Origin: Deltaproteobacteria bacterium
Lineage (GTDB): Bacteria > Myxococcota_A > Polyangia > Haliangiales > SHYZ01
Length of the DNA: 64,000 nt
Reading direction: 5' to 3'
Assembly (NCBI GenBank): GCA_016210055.1
Contig: JACQUZ010000088.1
Location: 6,446-70,445, forward strand
The notes under the pieces were generated by a model. The model saw only the letters and a list, made by a program, of their open reading frames with translations. It was not told the DNA's origin and made no database searches. Positions 36,586 to 46,155 of the stretch are shown here, piece after piece (the first letter of the stretch is position 1; the number at the start of each line of letters is the position of its first letter). A program made the position numbers and the translations under genes.

Positions 36586-37984
36586 TGGCCAAAGGTTCCT
36601 CGTAGCTGCCCTCTTGGCTTGCTTGACTAGCTCCTCCGCCTCGGCCGGCGGCCTGTTCTTGCCCTCCCGGGGCGTGCGCGCTTCTGGACGCGCTGGAGCG
36701 TTCGTCGCTGGCGCTGATGACCCCTCGGCACTCTGGTACAACCCGGCAGGGCTTGGTGAATACGCCAGGACCCACGGAGAACGAAGGGAGCTCCTGGTCG
36801 ATGCGGCGTTCATCGGTCACGACGTGACCTACACGCGCATCGATTCCGGCGGAAAGGCTCGTGACCCCGTTGAGAACGAGGGTCAACTCCTCCCCATTCC
36901 CACCGTCGGCGCAGGGTTCACGCTCGCCCCGCGTCTCGCGCTTGGCGTTGGGATCTTTGCCCCATACGCCGCGCTCGACGGCTACCCCGAGAAGGGACCC
37001 CAACGGTATTCGCTGATCACCCTCCACAACAGCATGATTGTGATCGGCGAGGTGGCTCTGGCCTACAAGGTAAACGACCTGATCACCTTGGGCGCTGGCC
37101 TGCAAAACCTTTTTTTCTCCTTCAACTCCCGGATCGTGTTCTCCGGCTGCCCTGCCGAGCTGGTGTGCGCGCCCGAAGATCCCGAGTTCGACTCACTCGG
37201 CGAGATCAGGCAGCTCGATCTCCTGAATCCTTCGGGAGTGCTCGGTGTGCAGCTGCGACCACTTCGGGGCTTGCGCTTGGGGATGGCCCTTCAGCTCCCT
37301 TTCCGCAGCTCCTCGGAAGGGACCGTCAGCGTGCGCTTGCCCGTATCCGGCTACTTCAAGGGCGCGCACGTCGAGGGGGAACGGGCGGACATCCGCATGA
37401 CCTTCCCCCTGATGCTTCGGCTGGGCGTCGAGTTCTCGCCTTCTCGACGCTTTCGCGCCGAGACCGGGGTGGACTTCGAGAAGTGGTCGCAGCACGACGA
37501 GATCGTCATCGAGCCGAAGGACATGCGCATCGAGGACGTGGCGGTGGTCGGCATCTACGAAATAGGTCCGCTGCGGATTCCCAGGAAGTTCGAGGATACC
37601 CTGGCGGTACGACTCGGGATCGAGGCAGAGCCCCTCGCTGGCAAGCCCTTTGTGCTCCGCGGCGGCTACGTGTGGGAGACGTCGGCGGTTCCCGATGAGT
37701 ACCTGTCGGTCATGCTCGTCGACGGCCAGAAGCACGTGCTCACTGCCGGAATGTCCTACAGATTTAATAGGTTGCGAGTAGACGGCGTCGTTGGATACGT
37801 CTTGGTCGGCAAGCGCGAGGTTCCCCGAGCAACAAGCTGTGCCCCCATGCTGAACCCGATTCGCACCGGGGAGACCCAGGAGGAATGCACGCATGACGAG
37901 GATCCCGCCAACGTGCATGTAGGGGACGGGACGTACGTCTCTTCCTACAAGCTCGTCGGGCTTGGCGTTGCGCTAGATTTTTGA
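36578..37984 (+). CDS. FadL/OmpP1 family outer-membrane transporter
   Basis: AGGLFLP..GVRASGRAGAFVAGADDPSALWYNPAGL; beta-strand pattern; terminal Phe; 8-nt overlap with the lipoprotein gene. Confidence 0.9.
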   Translation: MSSGQRFLVAALLACLTSSSASAGGLFLPSRGVRASGRAGAFVAGADDPSALWYNPAGLGEYARTHGERRELLVDAAFIGHDVTYTRIDSGGKARDPVENEGQLLPIPTVGAGFTLAPRLALGVGIFAPYAALDGYPEKGPQRYSLITLHNSMIVIGEVALAYKVNDLITLGAGLQNLFFSFNSRIVFSGCPAELVCAPEDPEFDSLGEIRQLDLLNPSGVLGVQLRPLRGLRLGMALQLPFRSSSEGTVSVRLPVSGYFKGAHVEGERADIRMTFPLMLRLGVEFSPSRRFRAETGVDFEKWSQHDEIVIEPKDMRIEDVAVVGIYEIGPLRIPRKFEDTLAVRLGIEAEPLAGKPFVLRGGYVWETSAVPDEYLSVMLVDGQKHVLTAGMSYRFNRLRVDGVVGYVLVGKREVPRATSCAPMLNPIRTGETQEECTHDEDPANVHVGDGTYVSSYKLVGLGVALDF

Positions 37985-38015
37985 CCTAGAGGAGCGCTAG
38001 GATCCTTGAGTATTC

Positions 38016-38942
38016 ATGCCGGACTCCCAGGGTACCCGCGCCCGCTTGTTGCTTGTGGACGACGACCACGCGACCCTCGAGCAGCTCTCGCGCATGGTTT
38101 CTGAAATCGGCTACCAGCCGATGACCGCGACGACTTGGTCGGACGCGTTGCGCTTGTTCCGCGAGGGGAAACCCGACCTGGTGCTCCTCGACGTGATGAT
38201 GCCGACGATAGACGGGTACAAGCTGGCACGCATCATCAAGTCGGACTCCGCGATGTTCGTTCCCATTATTCTCGTCACCGCGTTGGAGGACATCGAGTCC
38301 AAGCGAAGGGGCATGGCTTCAGGGGCCGATGATTTCTTGACCAAGCCCGTGACCTCGCTGGAGCTGCAGATCCGGCTCTCGTCCATGCTCCGGATCAAGG
38401 AGCTCACGGATCAGCTCCAACAGGCGAACGCCAAGCTGAACCAGCTGGCGGTCACGGACCCCCTCACGGGGCTTCACAACCGTCGATCTCTCTATGCGCA
38501 GCTCGAGCGCGAGTTCGGTCGGGCCCAGCGGTATGGCCGCCCGCTCACGTGCACCATGATCGACATCGACTTTTTCAAGCAGGTTAATGATCGATATGGT
38601 CACCAAGTGGGAGATCGCGTGTTGCGAATGGTGGGCGATGTCCTTAGGGCCACCATCCGCGCGACCGACGTCGCCGGCCGCTTTGGTGGGGAGGAATTCA
38701 TGATCCTGGCGCCGGAGACCGGGCGGGACACCGCCACCACGCTGGGAGAGCGTATTCGCGCCACCGTGCAGGGGTGCAGCGAGGCTGCGGGCGACGGGAT
38801 CCCACTCGTCACGGTCTCCGTTGGGATCGCCACCACCGAGTCCCTCGACGGATGCGGGTATGATGACCTCGTCCACCTGGCGGATGATGCCCTGTACCGT
38901 GCCAAGCGAGACGGCCGCAATCGGGTGGTCATCGCGGACTAG
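38016..38942 (+). CDS. Response-regulator diguanylate cyclase (REC-GGDEF)
   Basis: LVDDD, LLDVMMP; TDPLTGLHNRR, DIDFFKQVND, I-site RATD, RFGGEEF. Confidence 0.95.
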   Translation: MPDSQGTRARLLLVDDDHATLEQLSRMVSEIGYQPMTATTWSDALRLFREGKPDLVLLDVMMPTIDGYKLARIIKSDSAMFVPIILVTALEDIESKRRGMASGADDFLTKPVTSLELQIRLSSMLRIKELTDQLQQANAKLNQLAVTDPLTGLHNRRSLYAQLEREFGRAQRYGRPLTCTMIDIDFFKQVNDRYGHQVGDRVLRMVGDVLRATIRATDVAGRFGGEEFMILAPETGRDTATTLGERIRATVQGCSEAAGDGIPLVTVSVGIATTESLDGCGYDDLVHLADDALYRAKRDGRNRVVIAD

Positions 38943-38983
38943 GGAACTGGATCGAGGAGGGCAATGCGGAGCTCGGGTCTAGC

Positions 38984-40408
38984 TCACTTGGAGAGCGCTC
39001 GGGATTTCGCCTTGCTTCCCTTGATGATGTCCTTTCCGGCCGCCGAGCTCGGGGCGCTCGCGGATACCCCTACCTTCATGCCGTCCAATTCATCGTAAAG
39101 GGGCTGCGCGGCCGCGGCGGGGAGTGCCATTCGAATCGCCTCCTGCTCGACCTTCTGCCGCTGCTCCTTCAGCATTTTCACGGCGCCTGCCGAGTCGCCG
39201 CGGTCGTAGGCCTCTGCCGCCTTGCGCATCACCTCGGCGCTCTCGACTTGCGCGACCTTGGTGGCGACGTCCTTGTTCACCGAAGCAGTTACAGCAAGGG
39301 CGTCCCGCGACACCTCGACGCCGAGGGCCAGGGTGGACTGCTTGCGCGCGCCGCCCTTGGCGTCGTTGTAGACGAGCCGGGCACTCAGAACGCCCGTCCT
39401 CCCCGCCTGCTTCTGGTGCAGGCGAACACGAGCGACGACCTTGCGCCGGTCCCCGCCAAACAAGTCGGCCAGTGGGATCACCACTTCATTTCCCTCACGC
39501 CGTATTTCGTAACCCGGCACCGCTGAGATCTCGATGCCCTGGCACGCGGGCGAAAGCCGCAGCTCGGCATTGGTGGCGACGGTCGCTTGCATGGCCGCGA
39601 GCTCGCCAGCAAACACCCGTTCAAGAGCCGCCGCGTCGCGCACGTAGTAATACTGCCCACGTCCGTTTTCAGCCAGTGCCTCCATGAGATCCTCGTTGTA
39701 GTCGAGGCCGAGTCCGACCGTCGTGATGCGGATCCCCTTGTGGGCCGCTTGAGACGCGACCTTCGAGAGAGTCGGGAGGTCGGTGATCCCCACGTTGGCT
39801 CGGCCATCCGACAGAAGGATGACCCGATTGATGCGACCCGAGGACAGGTCCCGGGCTACCTCGTCGCGCCCGAGGGCGAGACCTCCGTGGAGGTTCGTCC
39901 CGCCTGCGTCTTGGATGCCGTCGATTGCCGCGCCGAGGCGCTGCTTTCCCTGCTCGTCCATGGGCGTCAAAGGTGCCAGGACTTGCGCCGTGTCGTCGTA
40001 CTGGACGAGTGCGGCGCGATCCATGGGAGCAAGTCTGGCCAGAATGCCTTGTGCTGCGGAACGGGCATGCTGGATCTTTTCGCCGGCCATGGAGCCCGAC
40101 CGGTCGACCACGATCGCCAAGTTGAGCGGAGGCCGATGTGTCGTGGTGGCAGGTCGCGCATCCAAGGTGATCGCCACGTGGAGATCTCTGGACCCGTCGG
40201 CGAGGACCTTCTCTCCTGAAAGGGCCGCCGAGAACGTGCCGTGGCCATATTCGACCTGCTTTTGAGAGGGGGCGGCGGCATCGCCGCAGGTCTCGACCGC
40301 AACCTGAAGGGGTGCCCTTGCCTGGGCGGATGCATGTCCGTGGGGGAATGAGGTGGCAGCGGCCAGCGTGCCGGCGGTGCAAATCAGCGAAGCAGATCTC
40401 TTGTTCAT
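38984..40408 (-). CDS. Exported VWA domain protein (YfbK-like)
   Basis: GGAGG RBS before MNKRS; PLNLAIVVDRSGSM (MIDAS), GGTN, LLSDGRANVG. Confidence 0.9.
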   Translation of the reverse strand: MNKRSASLICTAGTLAAATSFPHGHASAQARAPLQVAVETCGDAAAPSQKQVEYGHGTFSAALSGEKVLADGSRDLHVAITLDARPATTTHRPPLNLAIVVDRSGSMAGEKIQHARSAAQGILARLAPMDRAALVQYDDTAQVLAPLTPMDEQGKQRLGAAIDGIQDAGGTNLHGGLALGRDEVARDLSSGRINRVILLSDGRANVGITDLPTLSKVASQAAHKGIRITTVGLGLDYNEDLMEALAENGRGQYYYVRDAAALERVFAGELAAMQATVATNAELRLSPACQGIEISAVPGYEIRREGNEVVIPLADLFGGDRRKVVARVRLHQKQAGRTGVLSARLVYNDAKGGARKQSTLALGVEVSRDALAVTASVNKDVATKVAQVESAEVMRKAAEAYDRGDSAGAVKMLKEQRQKVEQEAIRMALPAAAAQPLYDELDGMKVGVSASAPSSAAGKDIIKGSKAKSRALSK

Positions 40409-40497
40409 GGCGACCTCCGTCCGTTCTGCTGTTAGAAACGGCGGGGCCGACGAAACGATCTGGCGGGCGAATAACGACGGCCCAGAGGCGTGCGGTG

Positions 40498-41346
40498 TTA
40501 CACGTGGATGGCCGGCATGCCGATGGGCTGGATGGATGTAGTCAGATCGCGGGCGATGGCGACGATGGAGGCCTCTGGGACCTCTTCCCACCCCTCGGGC
40601 CCGAGCTTCTTCGGCTCACCCACCACCAGAACCGATCGCAGGTGCTCGTGCGGAAATCGCCGGCGGTCTGTGCCTCCCTCGGCCTTCTGCTCGCGGCAGA
40701 CGGGGCAGTCGGCGATACCCTGGATCTTGCGGAGCCACATCGGACGACCACGGCGCAGCGCGACCATGATCCGTCCGTTGCACGCAATCATGCTGGCCTG
40801 GATCGGCTTCCCCCCTGCCGATCCGACAAGACGATCGAGCATGAGCGTGGTCGCCGAGAGCGCGCTTGCAGTGTCGGCGGTGCTGATGGTCGTATCATCG
40901 AGCTTCCCAGCGTCGTGCAGGAACGCTAGGAACAGGTGGAATACGTGCTCGGAGTCAGTCTGCCCCCGCACGTTGCGTCGCAGGAAGTCGGGGATGTGCT
41001 CGAGGAGGCCGGCTTGGATCGCGTCGAAATGCTCGACGGAGCCGGAGTGAGCAAACACCCACGAACGGAAACGATAGGGCTGGGTGTTCTCGAGCTTGGC
41101 CTTGGCGCCGTTTTCTCGGACGTGACCGACCACGTAGTCGGTACGCAGGTCCTTTACCGCAGCAAAGAAGTCGAGGGTGCCGGTGACGGGCTTGGGGTGT
41201 CGTTGAAGTAGAACCTCACCCCCCTGGAAAAACGCAAGCCCCCACCCTAGAGGGGCGCCCTCGGTGACGAGCGATTCACGCGCCCCGTAGAGCGTGCATC
41301 GCAATCGCTCAGGATCACTACACATGCATCCAAACAAGCGGCTCAT
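40498..41346 (-). CDS. Class II glutamine amidotransferase-like (Ntn hydrolase) protein with Cys-to-Ser N-terminus
   Basis: MSRLFG, GWGLAF, GHVR, ENTQPYR, WVFAHSG, GQTDSEH. Confidence 0.85.
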   Translation of the reverse strand: MSRLFGCMCSDPERLRCTLYGARESLVTEGAPLGWGLAFFQGGEVLLQRHPKPVTGTLDFFAAVKDLRTDYVVGHVRENGAKAKLENTQPYRFRSWVFAHSGSVEHFDAIQAGLLEHIPDFLRRNVRGQTDSEHVFHLFLAFLHDAGKLDDTTISTADTASALSATTLMLDRLVGSAGGKPIQASMIACNGRIMVALRRGRPMWLRKIQGIADCPVCREQKAEGGTDRRRFPHEHLRSVLVVGEPKKLGPEGWEEVPEASIVAIARDLTTSIQPIGMPAIHV

Positions 41347-41533
41347 CCCCGCACGTCCTTTTCTCGCCGGCGCATCGCGTGGCGCTCAGCAAGCCCATCG
41401 CGGTAGTGAATTTGGATCAAGGAGCGGGCGGCCTGAGATCGTCGATCATTCGACCTTCGCTCCGCCGCCACCGTATCAAGAAATATAGCTGACGCGAACC
41501 GGGTCTGCAACGTGACGGCCATCACGCTGCGAG

Positions 41534-42397
41534 CTAACGCGCCGGAAAGCGCGGAGAAAGCCAATTTTCGAGATCACTTAGAGCACGTTCCCTTTCGACC
41601 TCATGAAACACCTCGTGAAAGAAACCCTTGTAAAGATGGAGCGATTTCTCCCCGCCCGCACGCTCATAGGCTTGGAGGGTGACCTTCGCGTCGACGATTC
41701 GATCGTCCTCGGCGACGAGCCAAAGCGTCGGAATTGTCATCCGGTGGACATTTTCAAGGACGAACTCCTGCGCCAGGCGGGCCTCCGTGTACCAGCGGGC
41801 ATTCACGACGCGGTGGCAAAGTGGGTCGATGTCGCGGAGTTCCAGGTTCGCGGGATCGTGGCTCAGGTCCGCGACGCGGAGCGGCGTCTCCATGGAGAAC
41901 CTGGGCGCCACGCGCGACATGGCCTGCGCAAGAGCGAGCGTGGCGAGACTCACCTTCACGTTGGGGGCGAGGTAGGGGGATGAAAGCACGACTGCGCTGA
42001 GTCCGTGGCTCGCCCACTGGGGATCGCAAAGGGCTCGGAGCGCAATGAGCCCCCCGTTGCTGTGGGCGCATAGGATCTGCGGGATGTCCCCCGTTTTCCC
42101 TCGTGCCACGTGGAGCGCGCGGTCGAAGTCATGCAGGAACTCCTCGAACGAATCGCAGGCCCCCCTTTGCCCAGCGGCAAGCCCATGCCCTCGGTAGTCA
42201 AAAAGCATCACGGCAAAGCCTCGGCTCGCGAGGAACCGGGCGACTTCAAGATACCTCCGCGAGTGATCGTCATAACCATGAGTCATGATCACGCACGCGC
42301 GCGGCGGGTGGGTTTCGGGGAACAGCCACTCGCAATACAGGGGAACCTGATCCGACGACTGGAAGAAACCGGATGTTCGGCCCGCTTGCATGAGCAT
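41534..42397 (-). CDS. Alpha/beta hydrolase (lysophospholipase/monoacylglycerol lipase-like)
   Basis: HGYDDHSRRY, DYRGHG, AHSNGG, DRIVD, HEVFHE. Confidence 0.9.
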   Translation of the reverse strand: MLMQAGRTSGFFQSSDQVPLYCEWLFPETHPPRACVIMTHGYDDHSRRYLEVARFLASRGFAVMLFDYRGHGLAAGQRGACDSFEEFLHDFDRALHVARGKTGDIPQILCAHSNGGLIALRALCDPQWASHGLSAVVLSSPYLAPNVKVSLATLALAQAMSRVAPRFSMETPLRVADLSHDPANLELRDIDPLCHRVVNARWYTEARLAQEFVLENVHRMTIPTLWLVAEDDRIVDAKVTLQAYERAGGEKSLHLYKGFFHEVFHEVERERALSDLENWLSPRFPAR

Positions 42398-42455
42398 GCG
42401 ACTTTATAGCATGGTGCGTCGAAAGCGCGAGATGGGAGCGCTCCAAGGAGGAACC

Positions 42456-43091
42456 ATGGCTTCACCAAGCGTGCGGATAACGGCAGCGCTGGGGCTCGCG
42501 GCAGCCTGTTGTTGCTTGTCCCTGCGAGCAGAGGCCCGCCAGGTCTACCTGAACGGCGTGAAGCTCGAGGCGAGCGTGGTCTTAACGAACCAGCGTTTTG
42601 ACGGCTGCGAGGTGAAGTTCGACGAACAGGGGGACGTGTGGATCAGCGTGAAGGGGATCAAGGTCGCGCTCGCACCCGTGCAATCCGGCAAGGTCGCCGT
42701 CGCTTCCAGCGCGTCCGCACCACCTTCGGCCAAGCTATTGAAGCGGTACTGGCTCGTTGCTCCCCAGGCAAAGCGTGGGCTCGTTCAGTACGACGTGTCG
42801 GTGGTTATCAACGGCACGCTTGTGAAGAAGCTACGTTCCGACGACGATAGGGCAATTGTCGACGTCACGAGGTACGTCCGGCCGGGACAAAACGAGGTGC
42901 GCATCGTCGCCACCAAGAGGCTCGGTGACAAGCGGATCTCGTCCTCGCCCGTCGACGTGACGGAGGTGGTCCTCGGCGAAGGAGCTGCCCAGGACGGGAC
43001 CGTCACAATCGACAAGCCCCTTGTCACCTACAGGCGGAATGCATCAGAAACGAGGGATTTCTCCGATACCTATTCGTTTTTGGGACAGTGA
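42456..43091 (+). CDS. Hypothetical secreted beta-rich protein
   Basis: AAGGAGG RBS; signal peptide ending AEA; VYLNGV, INGTLV...DVTRYVRPGQN. Confidence 0.7.
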   Translation: MASPSVRITAALGLAAACCCLSLRAEARQVYLNGVKLEASVVLTNQRFDGCEVKFDEQGDVWISVKGIKVALAPVQSGKVAVASSASAPPSAKLLKRYWLVAPQAKRGLVQYDVSVVINGTLVKKLRSDDDRAIVDVTRYVRPGQNEVRIVATKRLGDKRISSSPVDVTEVVLGEGAAQDGTVTIDKPLVTYRRNASETRDFSDTYSFLGQ

Positions 43092-43153
43092 TGCATGTCG
43101 TGCGTCCAACCCGTTGACACCTCACGGCCTTCTTGTTAGCGTCCCGAACTGCA

Positions 43154-44029
43154 GTGCGGTATAAGTGGGCAAATTTCTTGATGTTCTTGGCGTTGGCTTG
43201 CGTGGGAGGCTGGGGACTTCCTGCCTGCGGCGGCACCGCCCGCGAGGTGCAGAAGTCAAAGAAGCGCGTTGACCTCGCCAAGGATCTCCTGAGCCACGAG
43301 CAGGACGCCGCGGCCGAAACCGAGCTCAAGAAGGCCATTGCGTACGACCCTCGGAACGAAGAGGCCATCAATCTCCTAGGCCTCGTTTACGTGTTCCGAG
43401 CGCATCGGAACGTCTTGCTCGTCGAGTACGAGGACTGCCTTCAAGGGAGCGTGGCTGATGGGCTGCGCACCGAGGCCGAGGAGCAGATGCGCACGGCCGA
43501 GCGCTACTTTTCCGAGGCCACGAAGCTCGCGCCCGACTTCGGCGAGGCGTGGCAGAACCGGGCGGCGGTCGCCGTGTTCTTCCACGACTGGGACAAAGCT
43601 ATTGCGCACGCAAAGCGAGCCCTCGGACAGCTTGCTCGGTTGAACAGGGAGTCCATGGCCCGCGCCAACCTAGGGTGGGCATACTTCCACAAGCAGGAAC
43701 ACGCGCGTGCGGCCGCGGAGCTCTTGCAGGCGACCCAGCGAGATCCTGGGTTTTGCCTCGGCAACTATCGCATGGCCGCGCTCCACTTCGAGCTGAAGGA
43801 GCTTGACCAGGCCGCGTCGCGCGTGGCACCCCTCATCGACGATCCCAAGAAGTGTCCCGTCCAAGAGGCCCGGTACTTGGCGGGGCAAGTATACATTCGT
43901 CTCCACGACTCTGCCGCCGCAGAACGGGCGTTAAGGAGCTGCGTGGAGATGGCGCCCAAGTCCTGCCAAGCGAAGCGATGCGCCAGGACGCTGCAGGAGA
44001 TCGCTGGGCAGGCGGGGAGGCTCGAATGA
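43154..44029 (+). CDS. tgl: TPR lipoprotein, Tgl/PilF-type type IV pilus pilotin
   Basis: Lipobox LPAC, TPR repeats (NLLGLVY, ANLGWAY), several Cys; followed by a RodZ-like HTH gene as in the usual pilotin-rodZ synteny; TTGACA-N17-TAGCGT upstream. Confidence 0.7.
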   Translation: MRYKWANFLMFLALACVGGWGLPACGGTAREVQKSKKRVDLAKDLLSHEQDAAAETELKKAIAYDPRNEEAINLLGLVYVFRAHRNVLLVEYEDCLQGSVADGLRTEAEEQMRTAERYFSEATKLAPDFGEAWQNRAAVAVFFHDWDKAIAHAKRALGQLARLNRESMARANLGWAYFHKQEHARAAAELLQATQRDPGFCLGNYRMAALHFELKELDQAASRVAPLIDDPKKCPVQEARYLAGQVYIRLHDSAAAERALRSCVEMAPKSCQAKRCARTLQEIAGQAGRLE

Positions 44030-44613
44030 ACTCGTACGTGGATTTTGGAAGCCGCCTAAGACAAGAGAGAGAAGCACGCTCGCTCAGCCTCACAGAGCTG
44101 GCGCGCATCACCAAGATACCCGAGCGCTCGCTCAAGCGCCTGGAAGATGGGGCCTTCGACATGCTTCCGGGCGATGTCTTCGTGCGCGGTTTCTTGCGCT
44201 CCTATGCCCGCTGCGTGGGCCTGGACCCGGAAGAACTCGTGCGGAAGTTCTGCGAGCTCGTAAGCAGGCGAGACAAGCCCAAGCGAGAGCAAGTGCTGAG
44301 TGCGAGCATCCAGGAGGAACTCGAGATTGCGCCGTCGCCATCACCTGGTGATTCGCCGACACAGCAGATCAATCTCATCGCCAAGACGCTCGCAGGTGCC
44401 GGGGGAGGGACCAAGCGGGTTTCGCTGACCATGGCGGTGATCATTCTTGTGATCGTCGCGACCTTGACGCTTTCTCTACTTCTTCGGCGCCCGAACCACG
44501 TGGGTGAGGGCGTCTTACAGAGCGGCGCGCGGTCGGACGTTACAGATAACGGGGCGGCGTTCCCGCGCTGCGTCGCGACAACCTCGTCGCATGACGAGAG
44601 CTTGCAAGGCTAG
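44026..44613 (+). CDS. RodZ-like helix-turn-helix membrane protein
   Basis: FGSRLRQEREAR.LSL..LA..TKI, LPGDVFVRGFLRSYA..VGLD, single TM; ATGA overlap. Confidence 0.88.
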   Translation: MNSYVDFGSRLRQEREARSLSLTELARITKIPERSLKRLEDGAFDMLPGDVFVRGFLRSYARCVGLDPEELVRKFCELVSRRDKPKREQVLSASIQEELEIAPSPSPGDSPTQQINLIAKTLAGAGGGTKRVSLTMAVIILVIVATLTLSLLLRRPNHVGEGVLQSGARSDVTDNGAAFPRCVATTSSHDESLQG

Positions 44614-44635
44614 CAGGTCAACATCGGAGGTCCTC

Positions 44636-45589
44636 ATGCTCAGGCGCTCCATCCTCCTTCTGGTGCTCACGATAGTCTTGGCTTGTCAGGGGCCGCCGAC
44701 CACTTGGGCCGAGTACAGCGGACGCGGGCCAGATGGCTCCGCTCCGGGGCCACGAGTCGACGCTGGCAAGGCAGACGCGGGTGAGACGGTTCGTCCCTCG
44801 GTGCGGCCAGGATTGGTGTTGGACGACATCCACGTCGCGAGCATGTCGGAGGAGTTCCAGGTCCTCGGCCTCCTCGGCGAGTACCTGAACGAGCCACTGG
44901 CGCAGGGAATCAAGGACGGCTCGTACTTGGTCGCGTTGGATTTTCAGGGGATGGAGGATCCCTCTGGGCAGTCGGACGATGAGCGCATGTCCGTCGGCGT
45001 GTACCGCGTCGACGACTCGGACTCGAACCGAGGGGATAACTTCGATGCCGAAAGCCCAGAGACGTTCAAGCAGCGGTCGGCAGATCGCTTTCGTGACGCC
45101 CAGGTTCATGGTGGGGAGCTCGAGGCGGAAGGGCTCGATACTTTTGCCCTCCCTGGCTTCCGCGGGGTATCGGTCCCATTGAACAAGGTGAGCCTTTCTG
45201 GAACCCTCGTCCCGACGTCGTCTAGTGATGGCGTGCTCATGCTCCAGGACGGGCGGCTCACGGGCGGCATCCCGATCCGGCTCATTGCACTCGCCGGGCA
45301 GTTCATGGGTGATCAGGTGGAACTGCCGTTTCCATGCCGCGGCAAGACGGTGCTCGACAAGATCCTGCTCGGGTGTGGGCTGGGCTTTAGCTTCGCTCAG
45401 ATCGTCGACATCGACGGCGACGGCGAAGAGCAGTTCTTCGACGAAGATGGGGACGGAGCGATCGACGTCTGCGTGGACGGGGACGGGACGAGGATCAGGG
45501 GGACTCGTTGCGTGACTGACGAGCGCATCAAGGATGGGATCGAGATCACGATGGTGGTACACGGCGTTCGCGCGTACCTTGCACCCTAG
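44636..45589 (+). CDS. Hypothetical lipoprotein with DxDxDG motifs
   Basis: GGAGG RBS; lipobox VLAC; DIDGDG, DEDGDG, VDGDG. Confidence 0.75.
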   Translation: MLRRSILLLVLTIVLACQGPPTTWAEYSGRGPDGSAPGPRVDAGKADAGETVRPSVRPGLVLDDIHVASMSEEFQVLGLLGEYLNEPLAQGIKDGSYLVALDFQGMEDPSGQSDDERMSVGVYRVDDSDSNRGDNFDAESPETFKQRSADRFRDAQVHGGELEAEGLDTFALPGFRGVSVPLNKVSLSGTLVPTSSSDGVLMLQDGRLTGGIPIRLIALAGQFMGDQVELPFPCRGKTVLDKILLGCGLGFSFAQIVDIDGDGEEQFFDEDGDGAIDVCVDGDGTRIRGTRCVTDERIKDGIEITMVVHGVRAYLAP

Positions 45590-45620
45590 CGTTCCCGCGC
45601 CACTTCATCTGGGGTGGCCA

Positions 45621-46094
45621 ATGCGCATTCGCAAGATCCTTTGCCCGGTAGATTTCTCCGAGCCGGCGAGAGACGCTCTGCTGTTTGCGGCTGATCTGGC
45701 CCAGCAGTACGACGCGGAGCTGACGCTCCTCCACGTGTACCAGATCCCAGGGTACGCGTTTCCCGAAGGGATCGTCCTGGCCGGCCCCGAGGTGATGGCG
45801 GAGCTCATGGTGCGAATCGACAAGGTGCTTGGGGAATGGAAGAGCGATGCCGAGGGGCACGGCGCCATGCGCGTGAGTACCCTGTCGGTCCAGGGCGCTC
45901 CGTGGAACGAGATCGTGCGGACCGCAAGGGAGCAAGGGTACGACCTGGTGGTGATCGGCACCCATGGGAGGACGGGGCTCAAGCACGTCATCCTGGGCTC
46001 GGTCGCAGAGAAGGTCGTGCGGCGAGCCCCGTGTCCCGTGTTGACCGTGCGCCTGGCCTCCCACCTGGAAGCGCATGACAACGCAGGGCTTTGA
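45621..46094 (+). CDS. Universal stress protein
   Basis: ILCPVDFS, DLVVIGTHGRTGLKHVILGSVAEKVVRRAPCPVLTV. Confidence 0.95.
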   Translation: MRIRKILCPVDFSEPARDALLFAADLAQQYDAELTLLHVYQIPGYAFPEGIVLAGPEVMAELMVRIDKVLGEWKSDAEGHGAMRVSTLSVQGAPWNEIVRTAREQGYDLVVIGTHGRTGLKHVILGSVAEKVVRRAPCPVLTVRLASHLEAHDNAGL

Positions 46095-46155
46095 CGCGGC
46101 GAGCTGGCGTGTGTAAGGGCTTGCACGCGCAAGTCCTGCGCCTAGCTATTGGCGC

